Shown here: positions 40,640 to 50,855 of the stretch, piece after piece
Layout: each line of letters begins with the position of its first letter
Numbering within the stretch: the first letter of the stretch is position 1
Origin: Trueperaceae bacterium
GTDB taxonomy: Bacteria > Deinococcota > Deinococci > Deinococcales > Trueperaceae
Length of the DNA: 64,000 bases
Assembly (NCBI GenBank): GCA_040905465.1
Contig: JBBDRK010000049.1
Location: 1 to 64,000 of the forward strand
Direction of reading: 5' to 3'
Translations under genes and position numbers: made by a program
The notes under the pieces: model-generated
What the model saw: the letters and a program-made list of their open reading frames with translations, nothing else
What the model was told of the DNA's origin: nothing
Database searches by the model: none

Positions 40640-41946
40640 TTGGTCGCACTCAGCTCGACCAGGATCTCACGGACGGTGCCCCCGAAAACGTCGCTGGAGG
40701 TTTGGTCGAAGCGGGCAACCATCGTCTCATAGGTGTTAGCGCCTCCCACCGGGAAATATCCCTCGTAGCCGTTGGCGAGCGTGGCCAGCGCCCAAGGTCG
40801 CCACTCCTTCCAACCGCGGCTCCACTCGCGGAAGCTCGTGTCCGGAACCTCGGCGGGGGAAGTCACGAGCACTGCGCCGCCGATCCGCACACCACCCAAT
40901 TCGAACGATACCTGCTCCGGAAAGTCAGCCCCGGAGACCAGCTTCCATTGCTGGCGGGCGCCCTGCAGCCGCGTCCAGGCGACTCTGAGGCGAGGATCGC
41001 ACACCCCATCCTCCCGAGCCCGGGAGTAGGCCGCTTCCGCCTCAGCCAAGGCAGCCTCGGCCTGCTCTGGTGCCGGCAACTCCCGTGTGGGTACGTGGAC
41101 GATGCGCGAAAGCAGAGCCAGTTCCACGCCGTTACCGTCCGGTATCGCCGTCACGCCTGACGCCTCTGTCGCCAATGTGGCCAGCCGACGACCAAGCCGC
41201 AGCGCCTCCCCGTGAGACGATTCCCGCCGAACGAACCGCGTGCTGACGTCCGCGGCGGCCCCCGTGAGGACCGCGCATGAGGCTCCGGTTCGCGCCTCGA
41301 GCTCGCGAGCCACTGCCCCGAACAGGTCACCCGAGTAGGCGAGGTTGGACGCGTCCAACACGGTCGAGTGGCAGCCCACGGAAAGGAGGGTACCGAGGAG
41401 AGATCCATCCTCGGGATTCGTGAGGCGGACGGCGAGGCCGCTACCTGCCGCGCTCGAGTCGGGCTCCAGTCGGTTGCTCGCCACGCCCGTGAGTGGGAAC
41501 CGCCGGACCGAGACGCGCGCTTCACGACGGACATTCCTCGCGGCCGCGGCGGCTTCAGCCACCTTCTCGGCGACGCGTTCAGCGTACTGCATCTCCGCCT
41601 CTACGCTCGTGGGGTATTCCGCGAAACCTTTCGGACCAGCGTGGGTATGTGTGGCGGCTATCAGTGAAAGGGCTCGGCGGTCAGACCGCACTTTCGGCAG
41701 AAGCGCCTTCACGTGCTCCACCCATGGTCGGCTCACGCCGAGGACTTCAAGGACCACCAGCGTAAGCTCGAAATCGCGGTTCCCGAGGTGCCAGACCCTT
41801 CCCATCAGCAGATCGAGACAGTCCCCCGCGGTGCCGGTGCGGTCTGCATAACCGTCCAGTTCCAGTCCCAGCGGCGGGTCGAGTGGAAAGGAAGCGATGC
41901 CGAAGAGCAAATCGCTCCCGCTCACGACGGCTCCAACTCCTCCCAT
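40636..41946 (-). CDS. Neutral/alkaline ceramidase-like metallo-amidohydrolase
   Basis: LDGY..R, ATHTHAGP, CHSTV, GAAADV, PAE and ANGYEGY motifs. Confidence 0.75.
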   Translation of the reverse strand: MGGVGAVVSGSDLLFGIASFPLDPPLGLELDGYADRTGTAGDCLDLLMGRVWHLGNRDFELTLVVLEVLGVSRPWVEHVKALLPKVRSDRRALSLIAATHTHAGPKGFAEYPTSVEAEMQYAERVAEKVAEAAAAARNVRREARVSVRRFPLTGVASNRLEPDSSAAGSGLAVRLTNPEDGSLLGTLLSVGCHSTVLDASNLAYSGDLFGAVARELEARTGASCAVLTGAAADVSTRFVRRESSHGEALRLGRRLATLATEASGVTAIPDGNGVELALLSRIVHVPTRELPAPEQAEAALAEAEAAYSRAREDGVCDPRLRVAWTRLQGARQQWKLVSGADFPEQVSFELGGVRIGGAVLVTSPAEVPDTSFREWSRGWKEWRPWALATLANGYEGYFPVGGANTYETMVARFDQTSSDVFGGTVREILVELSATK

Positions 41947-42941
41947 TTTCGTCTGGTGCGCCTGATGCCGCCGAGGACACGGTCATCGAGTAGTCGGCCG
42001 GAATGTTGGAGGGCCATCAGATACGAGCCCACCACAGGCGGGAATGCCGGCTCGCACACGACTGCTTCAGGCATCTCGACCGCGAGTTCGCTGTCGAAGG
42101 GCTCCCGGAGCCAGGGGCCGGCGCGAAAGACGCCTCCCGCCGGATAGATACGGCCGCCATACAATCCCGGTAAGCGACGGCCTACCGCCTGAGCGAGCTC
42201 TACCAGCCGATGCGCCGCCTCGGCCAGCAACTCTCGGGCGACCGTATCGCCATCGTCGGCCGCCGACCTGACCAGCGGCACCAGGGCAGCTACCCGGGCG
42301 CGGTCCAGAACCTTGTCCAGGTATATGAGCCTTAGCAACGCCCCCGGGTCCACAGCTGCGAAGTGGGCCAGGACCACCTCGCTGAGTTTCGTCTCGGGCC
42401 CACGACCGTCGGACTGCCGGAATACCGCTTCCAGCGCCTCTATGCCTATGCGGAAGCCGCCGCCCCGGTCGTCCACCAGATACCCCCAGCCGCCCGAGCG
42501 GACCTGGTTGCCCCGGTCGTCGACACCGTACGCTATCGAGCCAGTGCCGGAGTACACCAACACTCCCGGCAACCCGCATGAGGCGGCCAGGAAAGCAGGA
42601 GCGGCATCGCCTCGGACGTGAATCCGTGCTCTCGGAAGCAAGTGCCATGCGATATCGCTCGCCTTCCGGCCGTCATCCTGCTCGTCGAACACCCCTGTCA
42701 GGCCGAGAAAGGCAGTGGCAACCCGATCGGCACTCACACCCGCAGACTTCAGCGCTCCTCCGATCGCCGCTCTTAATGCCCCCTCTAACCGGCGCAATCC
42801 CGCCTCGTCTGTGAAGAGGCCGGTTGGTCCCCCGACTCCCACCCCCACGACCTCACCCGTTTGGTTACCCACCAACGCTCGCGTGGAACTGGAGCCACCA
42901 TCTACCGCTACCACAAAGCACTCATCCGGGCTCCGGCTCAT
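41922..42941 (-). CDS. BadF/BadG family N-acetylglucosamine-kinase-like sugar kinase
   Basis: VDGGSSST, SGTGS, GGWGYLVDDRGGG and GGVF motifs. Confidence 0.85.
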   Translation of the reverse strand: MSRSPDECFVVAVDGGSSSTRALVGNQTGEVVGVGVGGPTGLFTDEAGLRRLEGALRAAIGGALKSAGVSADRVATAFLGLTGVFDEQDDGRKASDIAWHLLPRARIHVRGDAAPAFLAASCGLPGVLVYSGTGSIAYGVDDRGNQVRSGGWGYLVDDRGGGFRIGIEALEAVFRQSDGRGPETKLSEVVLAHFAAVDPGALLRLIYLDKVLDRARVAALVPLVRSAADDGDTVARELLAEAAHRLVELAQAVGRRLPGLYGGRIYPAGGVFRAGPWLREPFDSELAVEMPEAVVCEPAFPPVVGSYLMALQHSGRLLDDRVLGGIRRTRRKWEELEPS

Positions 42942-45058
42942 AGGTGGCGAATCCGTGAGCGAAACTGACGCAGAACGTTCCGTGTGCCTTCGTTGCTCTC
43001 GTCGGCGTTGGCGCTTACCATGACCGCGGGCGGCCGCCCACGCCAGCTGAGAATCTCGGTTGCACGCATGGTTACCGAGTGCAGCAGGTAACTTCCGGTG
43101 ATCGTCGACACGGGACCCATCTCGTGCGACATTCCCCGGGGGCGTACCGTTGCGTCACCGTAAGGGGCCTGGTTGTCGAGCACGACGTCGGCTATGTCGA
43201 TGAGCCTCCGGCCGCTGGAGTGGCGCGAAGTCACCCGTCCGGTGTGTTGCACCGATGTAACCGCTACGACCGTGCAGCCCCGCTGGGACGCCTCGAGAGC
43301 CAGTTCGACGGGAAACGCGTTCCGACCTGAATTGGACGCGACGATCACCAGGTCGTTGCTAGTTACGCCGGCATCGTCCAGCACGATCCGCGCGACTCCC
43401 TCTAGCTGTTCGAATTGCGTGCTCCGAAGGGCGCCCTCATGCAGCATCAGCACGCCTACGAGTAATGGGTGCACCGCCAAGAGTCCACCAGCCCGATAGA
43501 ACACCTCCTCGGCCAGAATGTGCGAGTGTCCACTGCCGCCCACGAATACGAGAGCGTCGCGGTAGATTGTGTCGGCGATGAGGTTTGCAACATCCTCCAG
43601 CTCGCGCTCCTGTCGGCTCGCCTTCAGCAGGCAGTCGACGACGCGATCGGCGTAGCGCGCGGTGACACTTTCAGGACCACCGCTCTCCTCGTATTCGTCT
43701 TCGCACCCCCAGTGGCTGGTCTGGCTCTCAGGCCTGCCGAGCAGCATCGCAGCCGTATCGACCAGGCACACCGCCACATCGGAGACGAATGGCTGGCGGT
43801 CGGAGACGGCCGCCCCAAGACGTGTCCCATAGCCGGCAGCCGAAAACTCTCGCTCCGGCGGTAGGTATCCGGAGTAACCGTTCGCGTACCCCACTACCCA
43901 GGTTGATGCGAAAGCGGCGGCGTCGACTATCGCTAGCCCGTGCTCCGCGTATACTTCGGCGGGAATCGCGAGGAGGGCAAGCTCGTCTCCGAGACAGAGC
44001 GCCTGGAGTTCTATTCGTTCCCGCTCGGGAAGCAGGCCCTGTTCCCACCTCCGCAGGAGGTCACGGTGGTATGCCGCCCAGAAGCGCGGCATCTGCACTT
44101 CGGCCGTTACCGCCCCGAAGGGCTCGTCGGGCTGGCCGCGCGCCGCAGCGGCGCGCTCCTGACGCTCGGCCTCCGCTTGGTGAAAGTCTGCATCGAAAGG
44201 CTGGAAAGGCACCTCGAAACATGAGGATCTGACGGTCCAGGCGTCGTGGGCGACTGCTCGGGCCTTACTCATCCCCTGCGTCGCGGCCGCCGCCAGCCCC
44301 TCGCCGAACCGGCGTACATCCTCCGCACTTCCGCTGCCCCACTCCCGGCGATGCGTTACGGGATCGACATCGGCGCAGGCGCCATTGAGGTACGCCACGA
44401 TCGCCCCCGGGTGCTCCTTGCGCAGGCAGGCCCGCATCGACCCGGGATAGTCCGCCGACACGACCCGTGCTGGTCCCAATGTGACGGGATGGCATGCGTG
44501 CTTCACCAGTACGGCGACCACCTCACCGTCGTCGTTGCTGAAGTGCAACGTGGCTACGGCAGCATCGAGTTGACCGCTGCCGGTTCGGTTCCACGCCAGG
44601 TCCCGGTACTCACTGCGTCCCAGCCAGGCTCGAACCGGCTGTGGTCGCGAGGCGGCGCTTTTGACGATCCCGACCAGGTGCCGCTCCACCATTGCGACGT
44701 AGGAGGAATCCAACTTGCCCCACCCGCGTGTATCGACGACGGTCGGCGCGGTATGCGTGTGGGTCGCCGTAACGAGCACGCGATCTGGCTGCAATCCTTC
44801 CTGCTCGAAGAGCCGCCGCCGGATACGGTTCACCAAGTCCCTGGAAACGCCCAATAGATCGCAGGTAACTATCGCTACACGCTCCGCCCCGCTCCCCATC
44901 ACCAAGGCCTGCGCGAACAGGTGATCCGCTACTTCGCTGGCGAGTCGTCCGATGTCGGGACCGTAGCCCGCCAGCTCCAGATCGAGCGGCGGGGTGATCA
45001 CCGTCTCAGCAGCCCCAAGCAGAAGGTAGCCCGAGGGCGCGAGGACGTTGCCAGCCAT
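42938..45058 (-). CDS. Fusion of a ceramidase-like amidohydrolase and an SIS (UPF0309-like) sugar-phosphate domain
   Basis: N-terminal LAGYG, ATHTHTAP, HACHPV, PAE and ANGYSGY; C-terminal GSGHSHILAEEVFYRAGGL, SNSGRN and PYGDA. Confidence 0.8.
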   Translation of the reverse strand: MAGNVLAPSGYLLLGAAETVITPPLDLELAGYGPDIGRLASEVADHLFAQALVMGSGAERVAIVTCDLLGVSRDLVNRIRRRLFEQEGLQPDRVLVTATHTHTAPTVVDTRGWGKLDSSYVAMVERHLVGIVKSAASRPQPVRAWLGRSEYRDLAWNRTGSGQLDAAVATLHFSNDDGEVVAVLVKHACHPVTLGPARVVSADYPGSMRACLRKEHPGAIVAYLNGACADVDPVTHRREWGSGSAEDVRRFGEGLAAAATQGMSKARAVAHDAWTVRSSCFEVPFQPFDADFHQAEAERQERAAAARGQPDEPFGAVTAEVQMPRFWAAYHRDLLRRWEQGLLPERERIELQALCLGDELALLAIPAEVYAEHGLAIVDAAAFASTWVVGYANGYSGYLPPEREFSAAGYGTRLGAAVSDRQPFVSDVAVCLVDTAAMLLGRPESQTSHWGCEDEYEESGGPESVTARYADRVVDCLLKASRQERELEDVANLIADTIYRDALVFVGGSGHSHILAEEVFYRAGGLLAVHPLLVGVLMLHEGALRSTQFEQLEGVARIVLDDAGVTSNDLVIVASNSGRNAFPVELALEASQRGCTVVAVTSVQHTGRVTSRHSSGRRLIDIADVVLDNQAPYGDATVRPRGMSHEMGPVSTITGSYLLHSVTMRATEILSWRGRPPAVMVSANADESNEGTRNVLRQFRSRIRHL

Positions 45059-46348
45059 CTACGGGTGCACCTCCAGGCCTTGATCCCGGGCGCACTCGTG
45101 GTAGATCTCGACTATCGCCTCCACCTCGTCGTCGCTCATCGCAGGCGGAACGGCCAGGAGGCTCGACCGCGCGAAAAGGTCGTCTGCGCGCGGCAATTCC
45201 CCCTTGCGGTAACTGTAGTGTGCGGCAAACGCGTTGGCAGGGTCGGCCCAAGGATAGCCGCGCGAATTGACGCCGCGGCGATGAACGAGGCTGGCATTGT
45301 TGTAGTAAAGGTGAAGGCCCCACTCGTTGAACGTGAGGTTGTTCAGCCCTTTCGGCCCGGGCACGACGCCGGCTGAACGGGTGGCAGCAATCATAGCCGC
45401 GTTGGTGCTGGGATCCGGCCAGCTAAGTATCACGAAGGCGCCATTATCACCACTGGGATCTGGACGGGAACGCGGAGTGACGGCCGAGATCTTGCCCAAC
45501 TCCCGGTACAAGCGGTCATTCAGACTCCTCATCTGCCCGATCAGCCGATCCAGTTTTGACTCCTGCGCCACCAGCATCGCCGCCGATAGCTCGCTCATCC
45601 TGCTGCCCTGCCCCCAGAGTTGGGTTGCCGGGTCCTCCGTGACTAGGCGGCCGCTCTCGTTCCGCGGATAACCGAGATCGTGCGCCGCTACCGCTCGCCG
45701 GTAGAACTCGTCGTCGTCGCATACCAGCAAACCCCCCTCGCCAGCTGTGATTGCCTTGTTGTACTGGAAGCTGAAGATCGCCATCTCGCCGAAGGCACCG
45801 AGTGGTTGGCCGCGGAAGGAAGCACCGTTTGCCTGGGCGACATCCTCGATCACAGGCAGACCATGGTGACGAGCGACCTCGAGAAGTCGGTCCAGGCGTC
45901 CCGTCGCACCGCTCATGTGCACCAGCAGCACGGCCTTGCTGTGCTCCGAGATCTTCCTCGCCAGATCGTCTGGATCCATTACGAAAGTGTCGTCGATCTC
46001 CACCAGTTTCGGAATCGCTCCAGCGCGCACAACGGCCGAGGCGCACGACACCCAGAAGTAACCTGGTACGAGTACTTCGTCGCCCGGTCCGACGTCCAGC
46101 ATCGTCATGGCGATAGATAGTGCCGAGGTGCCGCTGTTCACCGCGAGCGCATGCTTGCGCCCAAGCCTTTGGCGGTAGGCCTCCTCGAGCCGATCAGCGA
46201 AGTGCTGCAGATCGTGCCCGTAGTAACGGAAGGGGCTACGTGCGTCGATGACCTTATTGACGGCGAGGCGCTCCTCCTCGTCAAACAGATAGCTCCCCGG
46301 CCACTCGTAGGGGATGAGTGGGCGCTTGGCGGTCGGACGTTTGGACAT
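45059..46348 (-). CDS. DegT/DnrJ/EryC1/StrS family sugar aminotransferase
   Basis: NSGTSAL, VHMSG, IEDVAQ and FSFQYNK...GEGG motifs. Confidence 0.9.
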   Translation of the reverse strand: MSKRPTAKRPLIPYEWPGSYLFDEEERLAVNKVIDARSPFRYYGHDLQHFADRLEEAYRQRLGRKHALAVNSGTSALSIAMTMLDVGPGDEVLVPGYFWVSCASAVVRAGAIPKLVEIDDTFVMDPDDLARKISEHSKAVLLVHMSGATGRLDRLLEVARHHGLPVIEDVAQANGASFRGQPLGAFGEMAIFSFQYNKAITAGEGGLLVCDDDEFYRRAVAAHDLGYPRNESGRLVTEDPATQLWGQGSRMSELSAAMLVAQESKLDRLIGQMRSLNDRLYRELGKISAVTPRSRPDPSGDNGAFVILSWPDPSTNAAMIAATRSAGVVPGPKGLNNLTFNEWGLHLYYNNASLVHRRGVNSRGYPWADPANAFAAHYSYRKGELPRADDLFARSSLLAVPPAMSDDEVEAIVEIYHECARDQGLEVHP

Positions 46349-46375
46349 TGACTATCCTCTCTCGCGGGCGGGCCG

Positions 46376-47239
46376 TCAGCCCTTGACTGCCGCGGCCGTC
46401 ATGCCCGCGATGAAGTATCGCTGGAAGAAGACGAACAGGACCGCGGCCGGCAGGGTGGCAATCGTCGATACGGCCATGGCGGCGGCCCACATAGGCTGGC
46501 GCTGGTAGGGCTGACTGAAGTTGGTCAAGCCGACGGACAAAACTGTGAGGTCCTGGTCCTGAACGATGATCAGCGGCCAGAGGAAGTTGTTCCAGGCCCA
46601 AATGAAGATGATGATCGACAAGCTAGCGGCCGCCGGAGCCAGCAGCGGGAAGACGACCTTGCGGAAGATAGTGAACTCCCCCGCCCCGTCGATGCGGGCA
46701 GCATCGAGGAGCTCATCGGGGATGCTCAGGGCGAACTGACGCATCATGAACACGCCGAACGCGTTCAGCAGCCCCGGCACTATCAAGCCCAGGTAGGTGT
46801 TGTCCCAACCGAAAGCGGCCATCTGAACGTAGAGCGGTACCACCAGCAGCTGGAACGGCACCATCATGGTGCTGATGACGAAATAGAACAGTATCCGCCG
46901 CCCGGGGAACGAGAACTTGGCGAAGCCGTAGCCGGCCAGGGCCGAGAAAAATACCGTGAAGAGCACGTCTAGGCCGGTAACCAGCGACGAGTTGAAGAAG
47001 TAGGTACCGACAGGGGCGATCTGGAACGCACGGAGGTACTGACTGAAACCCTGGAAGTCGTGCGGAAGCCAGTGGATGGGTGTGGCCAGCACTTCGGTCT
47101 CGGCCTTGAAGCTCGAGACGACCATGAACAGGATCGGAAACCCGAAGGAGAACGCCACGACCAGCGCCGAGGCGAACCAGAGTGCGGGAGGGATCAGCCG
47201 GCGTGGCCGGCGACTGAGCGTGGGAACTAGTGTTGGCAT
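46376..47239 (-). CDS. Sugar ABC permease (MalG-like)
   Basis: IPDELLDAARIDG, WNNFLWP and FQRYF motifs. Confidence 0.92.
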   Translation of the reverse strand: MPTLVPTLSRRPRRLIPPALWFASALVVAFSFGFPILFMVVSSFKAETEVLATPIHWLPHDFQGFSQYLRAFQIAPVGTYFFNSSLVTGLDVLFTVFFSALAGYGFAKFSFPGRRILFYFVISTMMVPFQLLVVPLYVQMAAFGWDNTYLGLIVPGLLNAFGVFMMRQFALSIPDELLDAARIDGAGEFTIFRKVVFPLLAPAAASLSIIIFIWAWNNFLWPLIIVQDQDLTVLSVGLTNFSQPYQRQPMWAAAMAVSTIATLPAAVLFVFFQRYFIAGMTAAAVKG

Positions 47240-47248
47240 GGGGAGCTC

Positions 47249-48199
47249 CTAACGCCCTACCGGGGTATCGGCCCGGCCCAGCACCAACTGCAGGAAGGTG
47301 ACGAGCAGGATGATCAGGAACAGGATCACCGAGATCGCTGCGGCTTCACCCATCCGAAAGTACTGGAACCCGTACTTCCAGATCAGCAAGGCCAGCGTGG
47401 TAGTCGAGTCGGCCGGCCCCCCCTTGTCGGGACTCATCACGTACTGAAGGATGAACCCCTGGAACGCCTGGATAGTGGATACCGCCGCGACCAGCACGGC
47501 CGTGGGGCGCAGCATGGGAAGCTCTACACGGAGAAACGCCTGCAACCTGTTGGCGCCGTCTATCAGCGCCGCCTCGCGCAGTTCGGTGGGGATGCCTGAA
47601 AGGCCGGCCAGCCAGATCAGCATGAAAAATGGGATGGTTGCCCAATTCTGTACGATGATCATCGACCAGGGGGCCAGAACTGCACTGTTCAGCCAATTGA
47701 TCTCACTCATCCCCACGATGGGACCCACCATGCTGGTGAGGATCCCGTCGGGGTGCAGGAGTACCTTCCACACAATGGAGACGACTACCAGCGACGGCAA
47801 GACCGGCAGGAAGAAGAGTGCCTTGAACATGCCGCGCGCTGGGAACCTCTGGAAGAACAGCAGCGCCGCGAGCAGCGAAAGGATCCACACCGGGACGGTC
47901 GTTCCGAGCACGAACCCGATAGTCACGCGAACCGCCTGCTGGAACAGGCCGTCGTGCCAGAGGTTGACGTAGTTGCGTGCGCCCACCCATTCGGGTGAGC
48001 GCAGCAGAGTGAAGTCGGTGAGACTGAGGTAGAAGCCGTAGGCGATCGGGAAGATGCTGAAGGCGCCGAAGAACAGCACGACCGGCAGGACGAACGCGAA
48101 GCCCCACCACTTCCGGCTTCTTAGCAGCGAGGACCGGCGGGGTGCACGGGCTGCCTCCGGCTGGGAGGCGAGACCCTGTGGAAGACTTTGCTGGCTCAT
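47249..48199 (-). CDS. Sugar ABC permease (MalF-like)
   Basis: EAALIDGAN and GGP motifs. Confidence 0.92.
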   Translation of the reverse strand: MSQQSLPQGLASQPEAARAPRRSSLLRSRKWWGFAFVLPVVLFFGAFSIFPIAYGFYLSLTDFTLLRSPEWVGARNYVNLWHDGLFQQAVRVTIGFVLGTTVPVWILSLLAALLFFQRFPARGMFKALFFLPVLPSLVVVSIVWKVLLHPDGILTSMVGPIVGMSEINWLNSAVLAPWSMIIVQNWATIPFFMLIWLAGLSGIPTELREAALIDGANRLQAFLRVELPMLRPTAVLVAAVSTIQAFQGFILQYVMSPDKGGPADSTTTLALLIWKYGFQYFRMGEAAAISVILFLIILLVTFLQLVLGRADTPVGR

Positions 48200-48233
48200 C
48201 GTCGCCCTTCAATACCTGCCCGTGCAACTGGGA

Positions 48234-49511
48234 TTACTGTCGTTCCGCTTCCCTGCGGGCCCGGTCGAGCGTCCCTTGGACGTCACTGTCGGCTCGCTCG
48301 AGAGTTTCCTCGACCGGGGCGCCGCCGAGTACGCGGTCGCGGGCGCGGGCGATCCCGTCAGCCACCTCGTTGAACCCGGGAATCCTCGGCGAAAAGAAAC
48401 TCTTCTCCATCTCCTCGAAGAATACGGGCATTATCTCGTTTTGCTGGAAGGCTTCGGACTCCACGAATTCGACGCGCGGCTGGAACAGGCCTGCCTCTTC
48501 GAAGTACCGGTCCGGATGCTGAGCCAGGAATCCAGCAAGTTTCCAGGCCGCCTCCTGCACGTCCTCATCGGCGTAGGCATTGACGAGGTAGTAGTAGCCG
48601 TACTTGTCGAAGCCGTTGTCGTTGACGGCATCCGACCAGCGGGGGACGGGGTGGATGGAGTAGTCGACGCCGGCATCTTCCATCTGGGGCACTCCCCAAT
48701 TGCCAAAGCTGCAGTCGGTCGCCAGTTCGCCGGCGAGGAATGCGTCGCGCGATCCCGTGTACTGAGGCCCTCCCAGCCGGTGCTCGTTGACCCAGTCAGA
48801 CCAGTACCGCATCACGCGCGCAACCTCCGGCGTGTCGATCGTGGCCTCGAACTCGTCCTCGTCGATCAACTGGCCGCCGAGCTGCGTGACCATGGGATTG
48901 AACTGGAGCCAGACGAATATGGGTGACGTCCAGTTGAAATCGAACCCGCGCTGGACCGGGTTGCCATCGTCGTCTCGCACGGTCAGCGTCTCGGCGACGT
49001 CGATCATCTCCTCCCAGGTCGTCGGAAAGTCCTCGGCCGGGCTCAGGCCGGCTGCCTCCCACAACTCATCGTTGCTGTAACAGGCGTAGATGCTCAGCTC
49101 GGTGGGGATGCCGTACGGTGTGCCGTCGAAAACGGCGCCTTCCGCTCCAGTGCTGTACGCGGCAAGGAAGTCCTCCCTGCTGCCGAAGCCGGCTGCCTCG
49201 ACGTCCAGAGGAGCCAGTGCGCCGGCTGCGCGGAACTGACCGAGAGCAAACGTGGCCTGGTTGAAGAGGTCGGGACCGCGACCGGCGGCCACGGCCGTGT
49301 AGAGGCGCAGGTCGAAATCAGCGACCGGGATCACTTCGTAGTTCACCTGTATGTCGGGGTTTTCTGCCATGAACTCAGCGATGAGTTCCTCGTCTACCGG
49401 GACACGCGGCGGGTGGTCGTGCATCCAAACGGTTAGGGTGGTTTGTGCCGCCGCCAGGCCGAGTACAGCGACGATGACGGCAAGCGTCAGGATACGTTCG
49501 ATGGAGCGCAC
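48234..49511 (-). CDS. Carbohydrate ABC substrate-binding protein
   Basis: Signal peptide ending AAAQ, GPDL, YGIP and PTTWEE motifs. Confidence 0.9.
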   Translation of the reverse strand: MRSIERILTLAVIVAVLGLAAAQTTLTVWMHDHPPRVPVDEELIAEFMAENPDIQVNYEVIPVADFDLRLYTAVAAGRGPDLFNQATFALGQFRAAGALAPLDVEAAGFGSREDFLAAYSTGAEGAVFDGTPYGIPTELSIYACYSNDELWEAAGLSPAEDFPTTWEEMIDVAETLTVRDDDGNPVQRGFDFNWTSPIFVWLQFNPMVTQLGGQLIDEDEFEATIDTPEVARVMRYWSDWVNEHRLGGPQYTGSRDAFLAGELATDCSFGNWGVPQMEDAGVDYSIHPVPRWSDAVNDNGFDKYGYYYLVNAYADEDVQEAAWKLAGFLAQHPDRYFEEAGLFQPRVEFVESEAFQQNEIMPVFFEEMEKSFFSPRIPGFNEVADGIARARDRVLGGAPVEETLERADSDVQGTLDRARREAERQ

Positions 49512-49569
49512 AGTAAACCTCCTGAGAAACGATGGGACGGGGCGAGGGACGGATACTTTCTCTATGCCG

Positions 49570-50802
49570 TCAACCTATGGCCACCTCCGTTCGCTCGAGA
49601 ACCCTGCCCGAGAGCCATCCCAATTCGAGCGCTTGGAGTGCAACGCCAAGAGCTCCAGCGCTCCTGGGCAGGTGGGCATACTCAACCGTGATGTCGCGCA
49701 TGAGCGCCGGGATGACCAGTTGACGAAGCTCTTCACTCACATCGCGCAGGAAGCCGGGACCCGCGGCTCGGAGCTGCCCTCCAATGAGAATACGAGTGGA
49801 ACCGCAGATGCTGACTGCGCTCCCAAGAGCCTTGGCTATGTAACGAGCAAGTCGCTTCAGTACTAGAAAGCTCGCCTTGTCTCCGCGAGCAGCCGCCTCG
49901 CATATGGCCCTCACATCCGAATTCGCGGGCTCCGTGAGCGAGGACGGTACTCCCTGCCTAATCATCTCCACCAACGCGTCCTGGATGGCGCGGTGCGAAG
50001 CAAGCGTCTCGAGACAGCCGCGGTTGCCACACTGGCAGAACGGCCCGTCGTCCTCTACCGCGATGTGCCCGATCTCTCCGCACACCCCGCTGGTGCTCTT
50101 GAGCAGGCGGTCGTCGACGAAAATACCGCCACCCACACTGCCGGAACCGAAGAAGAGGTAGACGGCATCGGGGTAACCTCGAGCGGCGCCGTGGCGATGC
50201 TCAGCCTCGGCAAACGCACGCGAGACGTCTTCCACCACCACTGGACGCGACAATCTCTGTTCCAGCTTCGCCCTGATGGGAAACGGCTCGGACAGCGGCC
50301 GCTGCCATGTAATCCACTCTCCCCTCCCGCTCACCACGTCGTGCAGAGCCACGCCGAGAGAAAGGAGATCGTCGACGTCCGCGCCCACCTGACTCAACGC
50401 CGCCTCCGTCAAGGCGATGACTTCATCCACGGTGTCGTCGGTGGCCACGAACTCACGCTCGCCCTCCGACTGGTCGCTCCACAGCACCTCTCCTGATGCG
50501 TCTGCCAACACGACCGAGAGGAACGATCTGCCGAGCTCGATTCCCACCACCAATCCTGCCGCTGGGCCCAAGGACAGCTCCTCTGAGGGGCGCCCACCGT
50601 TGGAACCCGATGTTGACCGGCTTTCGGCTCTGATGAGGCCGCGCTCCACGAGCTGAGTAACCACGCGGCTGGTTGTCGTTTGATGATAGCCGAGCAGTAT
50701 GGAAAGGTCGGTCCGTGTCCTGGCCTTGCCGTGCAGTAGCGCCTCCAGGACACTCAGCTCGCGCACATGGCGACCTGTGCTGCGACGAGATACGGTTGTC
50801 AT
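49570..50802 (-). CDS. ROK family (NagC/XylR-like) repressor
   Basis: N-terminal HTH, GGRP and GEIGH...CQCGNRGCLE motifs. Confidence 0.92.
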   Translation of the reverse strand: MTTVSRRSTGRHVRELSVLEALLHGKARTRTDLSILLGYHQTTTSRVVTQLVERGLIRAESRSTSGSNGGRPSEELSLGPAAGLVVGIELGRSFLSVVLADASGEVLWSDQSEGEREFVATDDTVDEVIALTEAALSQVGADVDDLLSLGVALHDVVSGRGEWITWQRPLSEPFPIRAKLEQRLSRPVVVEDVSRAFAEAEHRHGAARGYPDAVYLFFGSGSVGGGIFVDDRLLKSTSGVCGEIGHIAVEDDGPFCQCGNRGCLETLASHRAIQDALVEMIRQGVPSSLTEPANSDVRAICEAAARGDKASFLVLKRLARYIAKALGSAVSICGSTRILIGGQLRAAGPGFLRDVSEELRQLVIPALMRDITVEYAHLPRSAGALGVALQALELGWLSGRVLERTEVAIG

Positions 50803-50855
50803 TACGCATGAAACTAGCACGCCAGGGGCGAAAAGGACAAGCCCTTTAATGCAAG

